Assembly: GCA_018623495.1 (NCBI GenBank)
Contig: JAAZVP010000004.1
Span: forward strand, 2,016 to 66,015
Reading direction: 5' to 3'
DNA from: Halothiobacillus sp.
GTDB taxonomy: Bacteria > Pseudomonadota > Gammaproteobacteria > JAAZVP01
DNA: 64,000 nucleotides
Below are positions 9,087-19,107 of the stretch, one piece after another (within the stretch, counting starts at the first letter, position 1; each line of letters begins with the position of its first letter). The position numbers and the translations under genes are program-made. Under the pieces are notes generated by a model. It did not search any database. It was not told the DNA's origin and worked only from the letters and a program-made list of their open reading frames with translations.

Positions 9087-12000
9087 GCGGCCGCCTCCCC
9101 GGCCTCGAGGCGTTCGAGGACCGCGGCCACGGTCTCGATGCGGCTTTCGGCGTCCTCCAGGTCCCCGGCGAAGCGCAGGGTGTCGGAGCCGTTGAAGCGG
9201 TAGGTTTCCGGCCAGCGCTGGATCAGCTCGATGATGCGCATGGGCTCCACGGCGGGCTTCTCGGAGAAGACGATGCGCCCGTCGCGGTCGCCGCAGTCGA
9301 TCTTGACCACGCCCAGCGGGTTGGCGCGCAGCTTGAGCTCGGTGACCGCGAAGAGGTTCTTGAGGGCATCGGGCAGCAGGCCGAAGCGGTCGATGAACTC
9401 CACCCGCAGCTCGTCGAGGGCCGCCTTGTCGGGAGCGTTGGCGATGCGCTTGTAGAGGATCAGGCGGGTGTGGACGTCGGCGACGTAGTCCTCCGGGATC
9501 AGCGCCGGGATGCGCAGGTCGATCTCGGCACCGTGCTCCAGCGGCTTGTCCAGGTCGAGGTCGCTGCCGGACTTGAGGGTCTTCACGGCCCGCTCCAGCA
9601 GGTCGGTGTAGAGCGAGAAGCCGATCTCGTGGATCTGCCCGCTTTGGCCCTCGCCCAGCAGGTCGCCGGCCCCGCGGATCTCGAGGTCGTGGGTGGCCAG
9701 GGCGAAGCCGACGCCGAGGTCCTCCAGCGAGCCGATCGCCTCCAGGCGCTTGACCGCGTCGGCGGTCATCACCGCCCTGGGCGGGGTCAGCAGGTAGGCG
9801 TAGGCCCGGTGGTGGGAGCGGCCCACGCGCCCGCGCAGCTGGTGGAGCTGGGCCAGGCCCAGCTTGTCGGCGCGGTTGATCAGGATGGTGTTGGCGGTGG
9901 GCACGTCGATGCCGGATTCGACGATGGTGGTGCACACCAGCAGGTTGTGGCGGCGGTGGTAGAAGTCCGACATGACCGCCTCGAGCTCGCGCTCGGGCAT
10001 CTGCCCGTGGGCCACGCCCACCCGTGCCTCGGGGACGATTTCCTCCACCTGGCGGGCCATGCGCTCGATGGTCTTGACCTCGTTGTGGAGGAAATAGACC
10101 TGGCCGCCGCGCTTGAGCTCGCGCAGGCAGGCCTCGCGGATCAGGCCGGCGTCCCATTCGCCGACGAAGGTCTTGACCGCGTGGCGCTCGGCCGGGGGGG
10201 TAGCGATGATCGACAGGTCGCGGATGCCGGAGAGCGACATGTTGAGCGTGCGCGGGATGGGCGTGGCGGTGAGCGTGAGCATGTCCACGGCCGCGCGCAT
10301 GGCCTTGAGTTTCTCCTTGTGGCGCACGCCGAAGCGCTGCTCCTCGTCGACGATCACCAGGCCCAGGTTCCCGAACTTCATCCGGTTGCCGAGGAGCTTG
10401 TGGGTGCCGATGACGATGTCCACCCGGCCCTCGGTGATGTCGGCCAGGGTCTGTTCGACGCGCTTGCTGCCGGAGAAGCGCGAGAGCATCTCCACGCGCA
10501 CCGGCCAGTCGGCGAAACGGTCGGCGAAATTGCGGTAGTGCTGCTGGGCGAGCAGGGTGGTGGGCACCAGGACGGCCACCTGGCGACCGCCGTTGACCGC
10601 GGCGAAGGCCGCGCGCATGGCCACCTCGGTCTTGCCGAAGCCCACGTCGCCGCAGACCACCCGGTCCATGGGCTGAGGCGAGGCCATGTCGGCCAGCACG
10701 GCGTCGATGGTGGCCTGCTGGTCGGGGGTCTCCTCGAAGGGGAAGTCGGCGGCAAAGCGCGCGTAGTCGTCGGCGGCGACGGCACAGGACTGGCCCCGCG
10801 CGGCCGCCCTGCGGGCCTGGATGTCGAGGAGCTCGGCGGCGACGTCGTGGATCTTCTCGCGGGCGCGGCGCTTGGCCTTCTCCCACTTGTCCGAGCCCAG
10901 CTTGTGCAGCGGCGCGCCCTCGTCGCCGGTGCCGGTGTAGCGGCTGATGAGGTGGAGCGAGGAGACCGGCACGTAGAGCTTGTCGCCGCCGGCGTATTCC
11001 AGGGTCAAAAACTCGGTGGCCACGCCGCCGATGTCGAGGGTCTGCAGGCCGCGGTAGCGGCCCACGCCGTGGTCCTCGTGGACCACCGGCGCGCCCTCGT
11101 CGAGCTCGGTGAGGTCGTTGACGATGGCGGCGGGGTCGCGCCCGGGGCGACGGTTGCCGCGGCGCCGCTGGCGGACCCGCTCGCCGGCCAGGTCGCCCTC
11201 GGTGACCACGGCGATGTCTTCGCGGCGAAAGCCGGTCTCCAGCGGGCCCACGGTGAGCGCGAGGGGCGCGTCGTCCCCGAGGAAGGCGGCCCAGTCGTCC
11301 ACCGGTCGCGGGCGCAGGCCGGTCTCGGCCAGCTGCTCGGCGAGTGCCTCGCGCCGGCCGCGGGATTCGGCCACCAGCAGCACGCGGCCGGGGAAGGAGT
11401 CGATGAAGGCCTGCAGGCGGGCGGCCGGCTCCCGGGCGGCGCTGGCCATGGCCACCGCCGGCAGGGCGTCGTCGCTGTCGCCCTCCGCCTCCCTTGGGTG
11501 GATCTCGATCCCGCTGCGCGCGCCCAGGTCGGCGTCCAGGCGCCCGGGGTCGAGGTAGAGGGCGGCCGGGTCCAGCAGGGGGCGTTCGCGGTCGTGGCGG
11601 CGCTGTTCGAAACGCTCCTCCACCTCGTTCCAGAACGCCTGCGCCGCCGCGTCGATGCCGGGCAGCTCGACCACCAGGGCGTCTGCGGGCAGGTGGTCGA
11701 ACAGCGTGCCGGTCTGCTCGAAGAACAGCGGCAGGTAGAACTCGATGCCCGGGGGCATGCGCCCCTCGCTGACGTCGCGGTAGATGGTGGTGTCGGTGCG
11801 CCCGTCGAAGGCGGAACGGAACTGCTTGCGAAAGCGGGTGATGCCCGCCTCGTCGGTGGGGAACTCGCGCGCCGGCAGGAGGCTGATGCGGTCCACCCGG
11901 TCGACGGTGCGCTGGCTGTCGGGGTCGAAGGTGCGGATGCTGTCGACCTCGTCGTCGAAGAGGTCGATGCGGAAGGGCGCCGCGTTGCCCATGGGGAAGA

Positions 12001-12553
12001 GGTCGATGAGCGAGCCGCGGACGGCGAACTCGCCGTGTTCCATCACCTGGGCGACGCGGTTGTAGCCGGCGCGCTCGAGGCGCTCGGCGAGGGCCTCGAG
12101 ATCGAGGGTCTGGCCGGTCTCCAGCACCAGGGCGTGCTGGGCGACGAATTCCGGTGGCGCGATGCGCTGCATGAGCGTCGCCACCGGGATGACGATGGTG
12201 CCCGTGTCCAGCGTCGGCAGGCGATAGAGCGTCGCCAGGCGCTCGGAGACGATGTCCTGGTGGGGCGAGAAGACATCGTAGGGCAGTGTCTCCCAGTCGG
12301 GGAAGGCCAGGCTGTCGTCCGCGGTACCGGCGAAAAAGCCCAGCTCCTCCTGCAGCCGGGTGGCCTCGAGCATGTCCCGCGTGACCACGATCACCGGCCC
12401 GTCGTGGGCGCGGGCGGCCTCGCTGATCCGCAGGGCCAGGGCGCTGCCCGCGGGCGCGTTCCAGCGCTGTCGGGATGCCTTGTCGTGGGTGGCTCGGGAA
12501 ACTGCGGGCATGGCTCGTCGTGGGTTGTGCCGGGAAAGCCGGTATTCTGGCAT
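9083..12553 (-). CDS. mfd: Transcription-repair coupling factor Mfd (start may be 12511)
   Basis: FPDWETLPYD, GDVGFGKTEVA, DEEQRFG, TATPIPRTL, QLRGRVGRS, DLEIRGAG and a C-terminal TRCF domain. Confidence 0.98.
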   Translation of the reverse strand: MPEYRLSRHNPRRAMPAVSRATHDKASRQRWNAPAGSALALRISEAARAHDGPVIVVTRDMLEATRLQEELGFFAGTADDSLAFPDWETLPYDVFSPHQDIVSERLATLYRLPTLDTGTIVIPVATLMQRIAPPEFVAQHALVLETGQTLDLEALAERLERAGYNRVAQVMEHGEFAVRGSLIDLFPMGNAAPFRIDLFDDEVDSIRTFDPDSQRTVDRVDRISLLPAREFPTDEAGITRFRKQFRSAFDGRTDTTIYRDVSEGRMPPGIEFYLPLFFEQTGTLFDHLPADALVVELPGIDAAAQAFWNEVEERFEQRRHDRERPLLDPAALYLDPGRLDADLGARSGIEIHPREAEGDSDDALPAVAMASAAREPAARLQAFIDSFPGRVLLVAESRGRREALAEQLAETGLRPRPVDDWAAFLGDDAPLALTVGPLETGFRREDIAVVTEGDLAGERVRQRRRGNRRPGRDPAAIVNDLTELDEGAPVVHEDHGVGRYRGLQTLDIGGVATEFLTLEYAGGDKLYVPVSSLHLISRYTGTGDEGAPLHKLGSDKWEKAKRRAREKIHDVAAELLDIQARRAAARGQSCAVAADDYARFAADFPFEETPDQQATIDAVLADMASPQPMDRVVCGDVGFGKTEVAMRAAFAAVNGGRQVAVLVPTTLLAQQHYRNFADRFADWPVRVEMLSRFSGSKRVEQTLADITEGRVDIVIGTHKLLGNRMKFGNLGLVIVDEEQRFGVRHKEKLKAMRAAVDMLTLTATPIPRTLNMSLSGIRDLSIIATPPAERHAVKTFVGEWDAGLIREACLRELKRGGQVYFLHNEVKTIERMARQVEEIVPEARVGVAHGQMPERELEAVMSDFYHRRHNLLVCTTIVESGIDVPTANTILINRADKLGLAQLHQLRGRVGRSHHRAYAYLLTPPRAVMTADAVKRLEAIGSLEDLGVGFALATHDLEIRGAGDLLGEGQSGQIHEIGFSLYTDLLERAVKTLKSGSDLDLDKPLEHGAEIDLRIPALIPEDYVADVHTRLILYKRIANAPDKAALDELRVEFIDRFGLLPDALKNLFAVTELKLRANPLGVVKIDCGDRDGRIVFSEKPAVEPMRIIELIQRWPETYRFNGSDTLRFAGDLEDAESRIETVAAVLERLEAGEAAA

Positions 12554-12707
12554 ATTCGACGCCGGCTTGGGCGGTGTCGGTCGACCCCGGGAGAGACACC
12601 GGCGCGGGCGCCGAGTTCCTTTTCCCGGGTTCGGGGCTTCGTGGTGAGCGCTGGCGGGGCTAGACTGGGCCCGTGGAGCGATTTTACCGGACCCCCGAGG
12701 TGTGGCG

Positions 12708-14876
12708 GTGACAGACGCACGATCCCGAAAACGCCTGCAGGCCCTGACCCGCGAGCTGGAGGCGGTCGTCCTCCGCGACCTGGGTGGGCGCCTGGAGGCG
12801 ATGTTCGCGCATGCCGACGACTGGCTCTTCCGGCACGCCGAGGGAGTGGACGACCCGGACCGCCAGCGCCTCTACTTCGACACCATGCGGGCCCTGCGGC
12901 TGGACCGGGGGCGCATCATGGAGGCCTTCTCCCGGCAGCTGGGTGCGGCGTTTCGCGCCGACAAGGATCCGGATGCCCTCGCGGGCATGGCGCTGCAGGC
13001 CGATGAACTCCAGCTGGCCGACAGCCGCGAGCTGGAAGAGAACATCGCCCTGTCGGACCTGGTCAGCCGGGCGACCTACCGGCAGTCGGCCGGACTCGAC
13101 GTGTTGCGCCGGCGCTTCGGCTGGCTGGCAGAACAGGGCGTGACCGGCGCCTCCGCCGACGCGCTCGCGCCGCGGGCCGTCGCGTTCGCCTTCCAGGAGG
13201 CCCTCCGGCCCCAGGAGCTGGAACGGGATCTGCGGCTGGTCGTCTACCGGCTCTTCGACCGCGAGCTGCTCGCCGGGCTCGGGGAGCTGCACGCGCAGAT
13301 CGACCGGCGATTGCAGGCCGCCGGCGTGCTGGCCGATGTGCCCGCCGCCCCCGGGGCGGGGGTCGACGCCCGTGACGCCGCCCGGGCGCGCCGCGGGGAG
13401 GACCGCGAGCCGGGGATCCCCGAATGGGACCGGGCCGCCTTCGTCGCCATCCTCCGGGAAGTCCAGGGGAGTACCCAGGCCGTGGCCGTGACCGGCCTGC
13501 CGAGCGCCCAGCGGGCCACCGCGGAGCTCCTCCAGCGCCTCGCGCTCTTGCAGGGGGCCACCGAGCGCCCGCGTCGTGCCCGCGAGGAGCACGTCCGGAT
13601 CGTGCACTCGGTCAACACGCTCTTCTCCCGCCTCTATCTCGACCCGGACCTGCCCGGGGTCGCCTGCGAGGCGATCGCGCTGGTGCAGATCCCGGTGATG
13701 TGCGCCGCGCTCGAGGAACCGGTTCTGCTCGAGGACCCGGCCCATCCGGTCCGGCGGCTGCTGCAGGCGATGGTCGAGCAGGGGCGCGAGCTCGACAATC
13801 CCGGGGCATCGGTGCGGCTGTGGGACGTGGCCGAGCGGGTGGCCGAGGCCGAGGACGTGGTGGCGACCAGTGCCCGGGCACTCGCCGAGCTGCAGGGCGA
13901 GGCGGGCGCCGACGAGCCGGGTATCCAGGGCCAGGAAGCGGCCCGCGAGCGGGCCCGGCGCTACGTGATCAACGAAATGCGGGGCCGCCTGCGCGGCCGC
14001 GTGGTGCCCGAGGAGGCCCGCAGCTTCCTGCTGCAGGGGTGGGGGCCCCGGCTGATGGAGATCGTCCGGCGCGCCGGGCCGGTCTCGGAGGACTGGCAAC
14101 GGGCCATCGACCTGCTCGAGCGGTTGGTGGACTGCCTGCAGCCGGAGAGCGGCCCCGCGGGTTGCGGTGGCGAACTGCATGCCGCGCTGCGCATGGGCCT
14201 CGAGCGGGCGGGGTTCTCCCCGGAGCGGATCAACGCCCTGGCCGGACCGCTGGAGGACCGGCTGGCGGCGCAGCCCGCGCGATATTCCGGCCCGGCGGGC
14301 CCGGCCGGCGGGGTGCGGGTCCCCGAGCCCGACGAGGCCCTGCGCGTGCCCCCGCGCGAGCGGCGCCGCGGGATCATCGACCCCGAGCCCATCGAGATCC
14401 GTTTTCCCGAACCCCCGGCGCCGGCGCGCGAGCCCGAACCGGTCAAGGGCCCGGCAGCCGGGCAGGACGACGGCGAGGTGTCCGCGGCTCCTGCCGAGGC
14501 GCGCCACCACCCCGGGCAAGACGTCGCGGGGTCGCGGGCCGACGGGGACGCGCCCGTCGCGGGGCGCGCCGGTCCGCCGCTGTCGGCCGACCAGTGGGAC
14601 TTTCTCGAGGCGGTGTTTCGCCGGGGCGAGTGGTTCGAGGTCCACATGGGCGAGGGCCGCGCGGTACGCCGGCTCAAGGCCCTCGGCCTCGATCGTGGTC
14701 GGGCGCGCGCGATCTTCGCCGACCGGACGATGGTGGCCGTGCTGGAGAAGGAGGCGGCGGGTTTCCTCCGGGACCTTCTGGCCGGGCGCTCGCGGCCCAT
14801 CTATGCCGACGGCGAGTATCGGCGTCGCCTCGAGGCCCTGCCGGCCGATCGGGGCGAGTCCGGCGAGGAGGGGTGA
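12708..14876 (+). CDS. DUF1631-like protein, paralog 1
   Basis: ADDWLF...[15 protein letters not shown]....LEENIA, R.LVVYRLFD, L..D..HP.RRLL and a C-terminal G.WFEV domain resemble DUF1631. GTG-ACA-GAC start shared with paralog 2. Confidence 0.75.
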   Translation: MTDARSRKRLQALTRELEAVVLRDLGGRLEAMFAHADDWLFRHAEGVDDPDRQRLYFDTMRALRLDRGRIMEAFSRQLGAAFRADKDPDALAGMALQADELQLADSRELEENIALSDLVSRATYRQSAGLDVLRRRFGWLAEQGVTGASADALAPRAVAFAFQEALRPQELERDLRLVVYRLFDRELLAGLGELHAQIDRRLQAAGVLADVPAAPGAGVDARDAARARRGEDREPGIPEWDRAAFVAILREVQGSTQAVAVTGLPSAQRATAELLQRLALLQGATERPRRAREEHVRIVHSVNTLFSRLYLDPDLPGVACEAIALVQIPVMCAALEEPVLLEDPAHPVRRLLQAMVEQGRELDNPGASVRLWDVAERVAEAEDVVATSARALAELQGEAGADEPGIQGQEAARERARRYVINEMRGRLRGRVVPEEARSFLLQGWGPRLMEIVRRAGPVSEDWQRAIDLLERLVDCLQPESGPAGCGGELHAALRMGLERAGFSPERINALAGPLEDRLAAQPARYSGPAGPAGGVRVPEPDEALRVPPRERRRGIIDPEPIEIRFPEPPAPAREPEPVKGPAAGQDDGEVSAAPAEARHHPGQDVAGSRADGDAPVAGRAGPPLSADQWDFLEAVFRRGEWFEVHMGEGRAVRRLKALGLDRGRARAIFADRTMVAVLEKEAAGFLRDLLAGRSRPIYADGEYRRRLEALPADRGESGEEG

Positions 14877-15018
14877 TTGCACCCGCGGCGGCCGGCAGCG
14901 ACACTAAGGGACCTTTGCACGAATCGTGCAGCATTCGGGTGCCCCCCGGGAGCGGCAACCGGTTCGTTCGACGGTTTCCGGACTGCGTAAACGCCACTGC
15001 GACGAGGCAGCGACGACG

Positions 15019-17604
15019 GTGACAGACAGCCCATCCACGGAGCAGATGAAGACCCTTGCCCGCGAGGTCGAGCGCCGCGGCAGCGAACGGCTCGACGAGC
15101 TGATCGGCGGCATGTTCGAGAATGCCGACGATTGGCTCTTCGCGATGGCGGAAAAGGCCGAGAGCAACCAGCAGCAGAACCTCTACTTCGACACCATGCG
15201 GGCGCTGCGGCTCGATCGCGACCGCATCGCCGATGCCTTCGACCGGGCGCTCCACGCCAGCTTCTGGAAAGGGCGCGACAGTGGCGGTCTCGGCTCCATG
15301 GAGCTCGACGTCGAGGACCTGCAGCTGGTGGACCAGGACGAGCTCGAGGAAAACGTCGCGGTGACCAACATGGTCACCAAGGCCGGCCACCTCTACAAGG
15401 AGCCCGCCGCGCAGCTCGAGACCCGCTTCGAATGGATGAACGAGCGGGGCCTGGAGTCGCTCTCCCCGGGCGCTCTGAGCCCGCGCGCGGTCGCCGAGGC
15501 CTTCCAGAAGGCCATGCGGCCCGTGGACCTCGACCTCGAACTCCGCCTGATCGTCTACAAGCTCTTCGACCAGCACGTGATCTCCGAGCTGGAACCGATC
15601 TACGTCGAGGCCAATCGCTACCTCGTCGACGCCGGGATCCTCCCCCAGATGCGCGTCGCCGGACACGTGCCGGGTGGCGGTGGACCGGCGGCCGCCGCCG
15701 GTGGCGGCGAGGCCACCGATGCCGGGGTGGACGAGCCTGCCGCGGAGGCGGCCCCGGTCTGGGGTCGCGACGAGCTCATCGGCGTGCTGCGCGAGCTCCA
15801 GGGCAGCACCCGCGCCACCGCCTCCACCGGCGTGGGCAGCGCTCGCGAGGCCACGGCCGACCTGCTCGCCCGGCTTGCCGGGGTCCGGGGCCGGGCCGGG
15901 GAGCCGGGGCGCGTTCGCGACCGCGAAGAGCGCATCATCGACTCGGTCAACGGGATGTTCTCCGACATCCTCACCGACCCCCACCTGGCGGACTTCGTCA
16001 AGACCGCCATCGCCCGGATCCAGATCCCGGTGGTGCGGGTCGCCCTCGAGGACCCGTCCTTCCTGCGGGATCGGGACCACCCCGCACGGCAGCTGATCCG
16101 CGAGATGGCGCGCATGGGGGCCGAACTGCACGGCCGAGACGCCCCCGAGTACGCGCGGATGCAGGACGTCGCCGAAATGGTGGTGGCCGAGTTCGCCGAC
16201 GACCCGACGCTGTTCTCCGAGGCCCTGGCCGAGCTGCGTGGCGAGTTCGCCGACGAGGTCGAGGAAGAGCGCTTCCTCGAGGAAGAGCGCGAGGAGATGC
16301 GCCTGCGCCGGCGGGCCATCCAGGAGAAGGCCAAGCGTTTCGTGATCCGCGAGATGCGCCGCCATATCCGCGACAAGGTGATCCCCCGGGAGCTGCGCAT
16401 CCTGCTGCTCGACGGCTGGGGCCCGCTGATGACGGTCACCTATATCCGCGATGGCGAGGCCTCCGAGGCCTGGGAGCGGGGTGTCGCCCTGCTGGATCGC
16501 CTGGTGGCCTGCCTGCAGCCGCCCGAGGCCGGCCGGGGGCTCCCCGAGGATTGCGACGACGATCTCGTCGACCGCGTGCGGCGGGCCCTGGCGGACGTGG
16601 GTTTTTCCAGCGAGCGAGTGGACGAGCTGGCGGGGCCGGTGGAAGGCCTGCTGGCCGAGCAGCGCGCGCGGCTGGATCGGGGCGAGTTCGTCGAGGCCGA
16701 GGTGGTCGACGGCGAGCCGCTGGAGGAACTGCCCGCGCCCGGCCAGGGGGCACCGGAGCCCGGCACTGCCGAGGGCGAGGCCGAGCCCCGGCGGGCCCTG
16801 GCCCACGCCCCGGAAACGGCCGGGGAGGCGCAAGCCTCGGTGCCCGAACCCGAACCCGAACCCGAACCCGAAGCCGAAGCCGAAGCCGAAGCCGAAGCCG
16901 AACCCGAAGCCGAACCCGAAGCCGAACCCGAAGCCGAACCCGAAGCCGAAGCCGAAGCCGAACCGGAGCCGGAGCCTGAGCCCGAGGCAGGGCCGGAGCC
17001 CGAGGCAGGGCCGGAGCCGGGGCCAGAGCCGGAGCCGGGGCCAGAGCCGGAGCCCGAGGCAGGGTCGGAGCCCGGGGCAGGGCCGGAGCCCGAGGCCGAG
17101 CCAGCGCCCGAACCCGGATCCGGGACCGGGGCAGTGCCCGAGCCGGAGGCAGGGCCCGAACCCGAACCGGAGGCGGAAGCCGAGCCCGAGGCCGGGCCGG
17201 AGTCCCCGTCCGGGGCCGAGACCGGGTTCCCGGAGGTCGAAGCGGCCCCGGGCGGGGCCGCGACGGAGGAGCAGGAACCCGCCGAGACGGCCGCTTCGGC
17301 TCCAGCCGCTGCAGCGGCTTCGCGTCGCTCGCTGTCGGCCGAGGAACTGGCGTTTCTCGGCGAGATCTTCCACCGGGGCGAGTGGTTCGAGGTGCACATG
17401 GGCGAGGGTCGGGCCGTGCGTCGCCTCAAGGCCCTCGCCATCGATCGCGAGCGCAGCATGCTCGCCTTTGCCGACCGCAAGATGGTCAAGGAGCTGGAAA
17501 AGGACGCCCGAGGCTTCCTCCAGGACCTGGTCGCCGGGCGCTCCCAGCCGATCTATGCCGACCGCGACTACGAGCGCCGCCTGCAGTCCTTTCGCAGCGA
17601 CTGA
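15019..17604 (+). CDS. DUF1631-like protein, paralog 2, with Pro-Glu repeat linker
   Basis: Colinear with paralog 1 (ADDWLF..AE...[16 protein letters not shown]; [21 protein letters not shown] identical). GTG start at 15019 chosen by alignment. Confidence 0.78.
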   Translation: MTDSPSTEQMKTLAREVERRGSERLDELIGGMFENADDWLFAMAEKAESNQQQNLYFDTMRALRLDRDRIADAFDRALHASFWKGRDSGGLGSMELDVEDLQLVDQDELEENVAVTNMVTKAGHLYKEPAAQLETRFEWMNERGLESLSPGALSPRAVAEAFQKAMRPVDLDLELRLIVYKLFDQHVISELEPIYVEANRYLVDAGILPQMRVAGHVPGGGGPAAAAGGGEATDAGVDEPAAEAAPVWGRDELIGVLRELQGSTRATASTGVGSAREATADLLARLAGVRGRAGEPGRVRDREERIIDSVNGMFSDILTDPHLADFVKTAIARIQIPVVRVALEDPSFLRDRDHPARQLIREMARMGAELHGRDAPEYARMQDVAEMVVAEFADDPTLFSEALAELRGEFADEVEEERFLEEEREEMRLRRRAIQEKAKRFVIREMRRHIRDKVIPRELRILLLDGWGPLMTVTYIRDGEASEAWERGVALLDRLVACLQPPEAGRGLPEDCDDDLVDRVRRALADVGFSSERVDELAGPVEGLLAEQRARLDRGEFVEAEVVDGEPLEELPAPGQGAPEPGTAEGEAEPRRALAHAPETAGEAQASVPEPEPEPEPEAEAEAEAEAEPEAEPEAEPEAEPEAEAEAEPEPEPEPEAGPEPEAGPEPGPEPEPGPEPEPEAGSEPGAGPEPEAEPAPEPGSGTGAVPEPEAGPEPEPEAEAEPEAGPESPSGAETGFPEVEAAPGGAATEEQEPAETAASAPAAAAASRRSLSAEELAFLGEIFHRGEWFEVHMGEGRAVRRLKALAIDRERSMLAFADRKMVKELEKDARGFLQDLVAGRSQPIYADRDYERRLQSFRSD
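16843..17200 (+). repeat. Coding VNTR: (SCCGAA)x20 followed by degenerate 18-bp PEPEAG units
   Basis: 16843-16962 is an uninterrupted run of CCCGAA/GCCGAA hexamers, followed by CCGGAGCCCGAGGCAGGG-like units. Confidence 0.95.
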
Positions 17605-17675
17605 GGCGGCCGCGGCCGACGGCCCGGCAGGGCCGGTCGTGAGGGGCCCCAGGGGGCGGCTGCGCCTGCGCTGCT

Positions 17676-18674
17676 TCAGTCCCCGGCTGGCTGGAGCATG
17701 CCCTCGACCAGCGGCAGGCCGAGGACGTGCAGCGCGCCCAGCGGCGTGGTCAGGGCGCGGGCGTCCAGGGAGATCACCTCGCGTTCGGGGAAGGCGTCGG
17801 CGAGGAGCCGTCGGGCCGGTTCGTCGGCGGGATCCGCGAACGCCGGGACGATGACCCGTTCGTTGGTCACCAGGAACTGGGTGTAGCTGGCCGGCAGGGG
17901 CGAGCCGTCGGCCGCGGCCACCGGCCGCTCGGGCCGGGGCAGGGCCAGACGCTGGAAAGGCCGGTCGTCGGGATCGCGCAGCGCGGCGATCTCCGTGGCC
18001 AGCGCCGGGTCATCCACGTGGGCGATGCACTGGCGGCCGACGAAGCGCGCCAGCAGGTCGACCCGCCCGCCGCTGGCATCGCCGGACGGCCCGTCGGCTT
18101 CCAGCCAGAGCACGTGGCGATGGCGGAAGAAGCTGGTGAGCATGGCCTCCATCGGCCGCGGCGTGCCGATGCGCTCGGGAATCGAGCCGCGATGCATCAG
18201 CAGGCTGTCGTCGCCGTTGGTCTCCACGGCCGCCGGCGAGAGCTCGAAGTTGAGCCGGCTGATGCGGATATCGGGGCGCAGCCGGCCGCAGCCGTGGAGC
18301 TGCTGGCTGAAGTGACGCTCCAGCGGGCTCCACGGGCCGAGCGCCCCCGCCCGTGACTGGAAGGCCAGCAGGTGGGGCTGGTCGCCCATCAGCACCGTCT
18401 GTGGGCCGAACAGGCGCATCAGGCTCGAGCCGACGGGCAGCTCCAGCCATTCCACGTCGGCGGTGGCGCCCAGGGCCCTCTCGGCATCCGCGCGCCGTTC
18501 GTGGTCGCCGCAGACCAGGAGGACGGGCTGGTCGGCCGCGACCGTCCGGATCAGCTCCGCCATGCTTCGGCGGGCGGCGTCGGTGTCCTCGAAGCCGGTG
18601 CCCGGCCAGACGAAAAGCAGGGCGTCCTGCCGCGCCCAGGTGGCGGGCAGGTGCCCGAGCGAGCGTTGTTTCAT
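17676..18674 (-). CDS. Agmatine deiminase (PAD_porph) family homolog, predicted catalytically inactive
   Basis: Scaffold motifs LPA.W..Q, WP, LPASY..FLVTN..VIVPAF..PAD..A...L..AFPEREV are present; the catalytic Asp, His and Cys positions are substituted. Confidence 0.85.
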   Translation of the reverse strand: MKQRSLGHLPATWARQDALLFVWPGTGFEDTDAARRSMAELIRTVAADQPVLLVCGDHERRADAERALGATADVEWLELPVGSSLMRLFGPQTVLMGDQPHLLAFQSRAGALGPWSPLERHFSQQLHGCGRLRPDIRISRLNFELSPAAVETNGDDSLLMHRGSIPERIGTPRPMEAMLTSFFRHRHVLWLEADGPSGDASGGRVDLLARFVGRQCIAHVDDPALATEIAALRDPDDRPFQRLALPRPERPVAAADGSPLPASYTQFLVTNERVIVPAFADPADEPARRLLADAFPEREVISLDARALTTPLGALHVLGLPLVEGMLQPAGD

Positions 18675-18684
18675 GCCTCGGGAA

Positions 18685-19017
18685 TCAGGGGTCGGACTTG
18701 ACGGGGTGGTGGCGTACCGCGTGGATGACGCTCCGGTTCTCGAAGTGGACGGTGAAGTCCTCGTAGACCCAGCGCGTGATCGGCGGGCGGATGGCCGAGT
18801 AGCCTCCGACGGCGGGCAGGCGCTCCTGCGGTTCGCCGAATTCCGCCCGGACCGCCTCCATGCTCATGCCCCGGCCGGGCAGGGGGCTCTCGGGCGTGGA
18901 TTCGCTCACCAGCGGGCGCTTGTCCGGCATTTCCAGGGTCTCGGCTGCCGCGGGTCCGGCAAGCAGCAGCCAGGAGAGGGCCGCCGCGAGCGTCAGGGCA
19001 TGGTCGATTCGGGTCAT
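18685..19017 (-). CDS. Small secreted protein with SmpA/BamE-like motif
   Basis: Signal peptide ending PAAA; PGRGMSMEAVRAEFGEP...PPITRWVY..FTVHFE..VIHAV. Confidence 0.8.
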   Translation of the reverse strand: MTRIDHALTLAAALSWLLLAGPAAAETLEMPDKRPLVSESTPESPLPGRGMSMEAVRAEFGEPQERLPAVGGYSAIRPPITRWVYEDFTVHFENRSVIHAVRHHPVKSDP

Positions 19018-19107
19018 GACAGTTCCTTTGATGCGGTACGATGCTCTGCCCACCAAGACTATATCATTCACCCGGCATTGCCACCGGCTGCCGGTCCCGG
19101 ATTGGCC

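Noticed and set aside
8334-13006. Very long alternative ORFs (1421 aa minus strand, 1178 aa plus strand) over mfd
   Set aside because: Shadow frames of GC-rich coding DNA. Only the last 250 aa of the 1421-aa ORF (CsiV) is real.
14914-14931. Possible sigma-54 promoter (TTGCACG-N4-GTGCA)
   Set aside because: Lacks the invariant GG at -24 on either strand; kept only as a palindrome.
16843-17200. Possible CRISPR array, or GF/SG/PK-repeat proteins in other frames
   Set aside because: No unique spacers and no cas genes; it is a coding microsatellite of the DUF1631-like gene.
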